A DNA stretch of 64,000 bases from Macrostomum lignano (Eukaryota), in NCBI GenBank assembly GCA_002269645.1, contig NIVC01000318.1, positions 1 through 64,000 on the forward strand, read 5' to 3'. The position numbers and the translations under genes are program-made. Under the pieces are notes generated by a model. It had not been told where the DNA came from. It ran no database searches and worked only from the letters and a program-made list of their open reading frames with translations. Shown here piece after piece: positions 62,586-64,000 of this stretch; within the stretch, counting starts at the first letter, position 1, and each line of letters begins with the position of its first letter.

Positions 62586-64000
62586 TCACTTCTTGGCGGA
62601 CAGTCGCACTTTTTTTAGCGACTTCATCGAGCTGGCGCCGCCGGCCCCGGCGCCGGAGGAGCCATACTCGGCGCTATCGTGACCGGAAGGGGCGGCAGTG
62701 GCAGCGGTGGCCGCCTCCCGCTGGGCGAGCGCCTTGGCCCGCTCGGCCTCGACTCGCTCCTCCACCTGGCGCCTGGCCTGCTGGGCCTGCGCGTGCCTGG
62801 CCTCGGCCGTCTCCATCTCGGAGCACACCAGGCCCAGCGACTGGCGGCAGGCCTCAGACCAGGCCTCCAGGGCTGCCACTAGGCTGGGCAGCTCTTCGGG
62901 CGGCACGTCCCGGCCCATGCAGCTGTACACCTGCGGCAGGGCGGGTGGCGGTAGGGACTGCAGGATTTTATTGGCAATTCTCAGGGGATGGGGCGACTCT
63001 TACAGGGGATGAGACGATTCTCATAGAGGGAAACAATTTTAATAGGGGCTGGGGCGATTCTTACAGGGGATGGGGCGATTCTCATAAGGATGGAGCGACT
63101 CTCATAGTGATGGGGCGCTTCTCATAGTGATGGGGCGATTCTCATAGTGATGGGGCGACTCTCATAGTGATGGGGCGACTCTCATAGTGATGGGACGATT
63201 CTTACAGGGGATGAGACGATTCTCACAGGGTATGAGACGATTCTCACAGGGTATAAGGCGACTCTCATAGGGATAGGGGATTCTCATAGGGATGGAGTGA
63301 TTCTCATAGGGATGGGGGATTCTCATAGGGATGGGGTGATTCTTCTCATAGGGATGGGGGATTCTCATAGGGATGGGGTGATTCTCATAGGGATGGGGGA
63401 TTCTCATAGGGATGGGAGATTCTCATAGGGACGGGGCGATTTTTATAGGGATAGGGGCGATTCTCATAAGGATGGGAGATTCTCATAGGGATGGGGTGGT
63501 TCTCATAGTGGATGGGATATTCTCATAGTGGATGAGGCGATTCTCATAGGGATGGGAGATTCTCATAGAGATGGGATATTCTCATAGGGATGGGATATTC
63601 TCATAGGGATGGGATATTCTCATAGGGATGGGATATTCTCATAGGGATGGGGTGGTTCTCATAGTGGATGAGGCGATTCTCATAGGTGATAGGGCGATTC
63701 CCATAGAGGATGTGGGACGTGAGGTGACTCTCGGAGGCTTCAGAGTTCAATCCTGAAACCAAAATCGCCATGGGCACCGGAGACCCACAGACAAAACTGT
63801 TAATCCGCGCACTCCTCACCTGCAGCAGCTGGTCGCGCTGGTCCAGCTTGCCCTGAAACAGGCCCATAGTGATCATCTCGGCCAGCAGGGACTCGAGCTC
63901 TGGCACGCTGTCCAGACCCAGGCTGGTCAGCAGGCTGGCATAGGCGAGGCTGCGCTGGGTGCGAGCCGCCTGCACAACGCTGAGGCGGCGAAGTTTGCGC
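62586..64000 (-). CDS. COPS7: COP9 signalosome subunit 7 (PCI domain), 3' part; exons >64000-63820 and 62930-62586
   Basis: RKLRRLSVVQAA..LAYASLLTSLGLDSVPELESLLAEMITMGLFQGKLDQRDQLLQ|VYSCMGRDV..LVAALEAWSEAC matches the CSN7 PCI and helix pattern. Phase-0 splice cag|gtgagg ... ccgcag|gtg. Confidence 0.85.
62985..63705. repeat. ~19-21-bp intronic minisatellite GGGATGGGG(C)GATTCTCATA
   Basis: Fills the last COPS7 intron. Confidence 0.92.

Overview
Eukaryotic (metazoan) genomic DNA: GC-rich spliced exons sit between dozens of distinct micro- and minisatellite arrays. The style suggests a repeat-rich invertebrate such as a macrostomid flatworm, which is inference only. Most long ORFs in the supplied track are artefacts of reading through tandem repeats. 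I assembled genes by hand from splice sites and reading phase. (1) A GFRalpha/Gas1-like, probably GPI-anchored receptor has six phase-1 exons (13696-31803), four Cys-rich GDNF-receptor domains and an apparent frameshift in the last exon. (2) Four secreted neuropeptide precursor genes cluster at 37458-46953; each has a phase-2 intron inside the penultimate Arg codon, the NPY/NPF hallmark. Two tandem paralogues predict 29-31 aa RIRM-amides and two convergent paralogues predict (W-I/L-L-Y)QRPRF-amides. (3) A small orphan two-exon gene lies at 47851-48504. (4) tRNA-Lys(CTT). (5) A DNase II has an extra exon adding a transmembrane helix and a C-terminal YRIL motif. (6) A 5466-bp Polinton/Maverick derivative (55494-60959) has AGTAGT termini, identical 169-bp TIRs and a 6-bp TSD (CTGACA). 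It encodes a tandem PC4-like protein, a chromodomain integrase, a minor capsid protein, a basic protein and a truncated major capsid protein, has no polymerase, ATPase or protease, and is inserted in a 26-bp minisatellite. (7) The last two exons of COP9 signalosome subunit 7 are on the minus strand. Family assignments come from motif recognition, not database searches.
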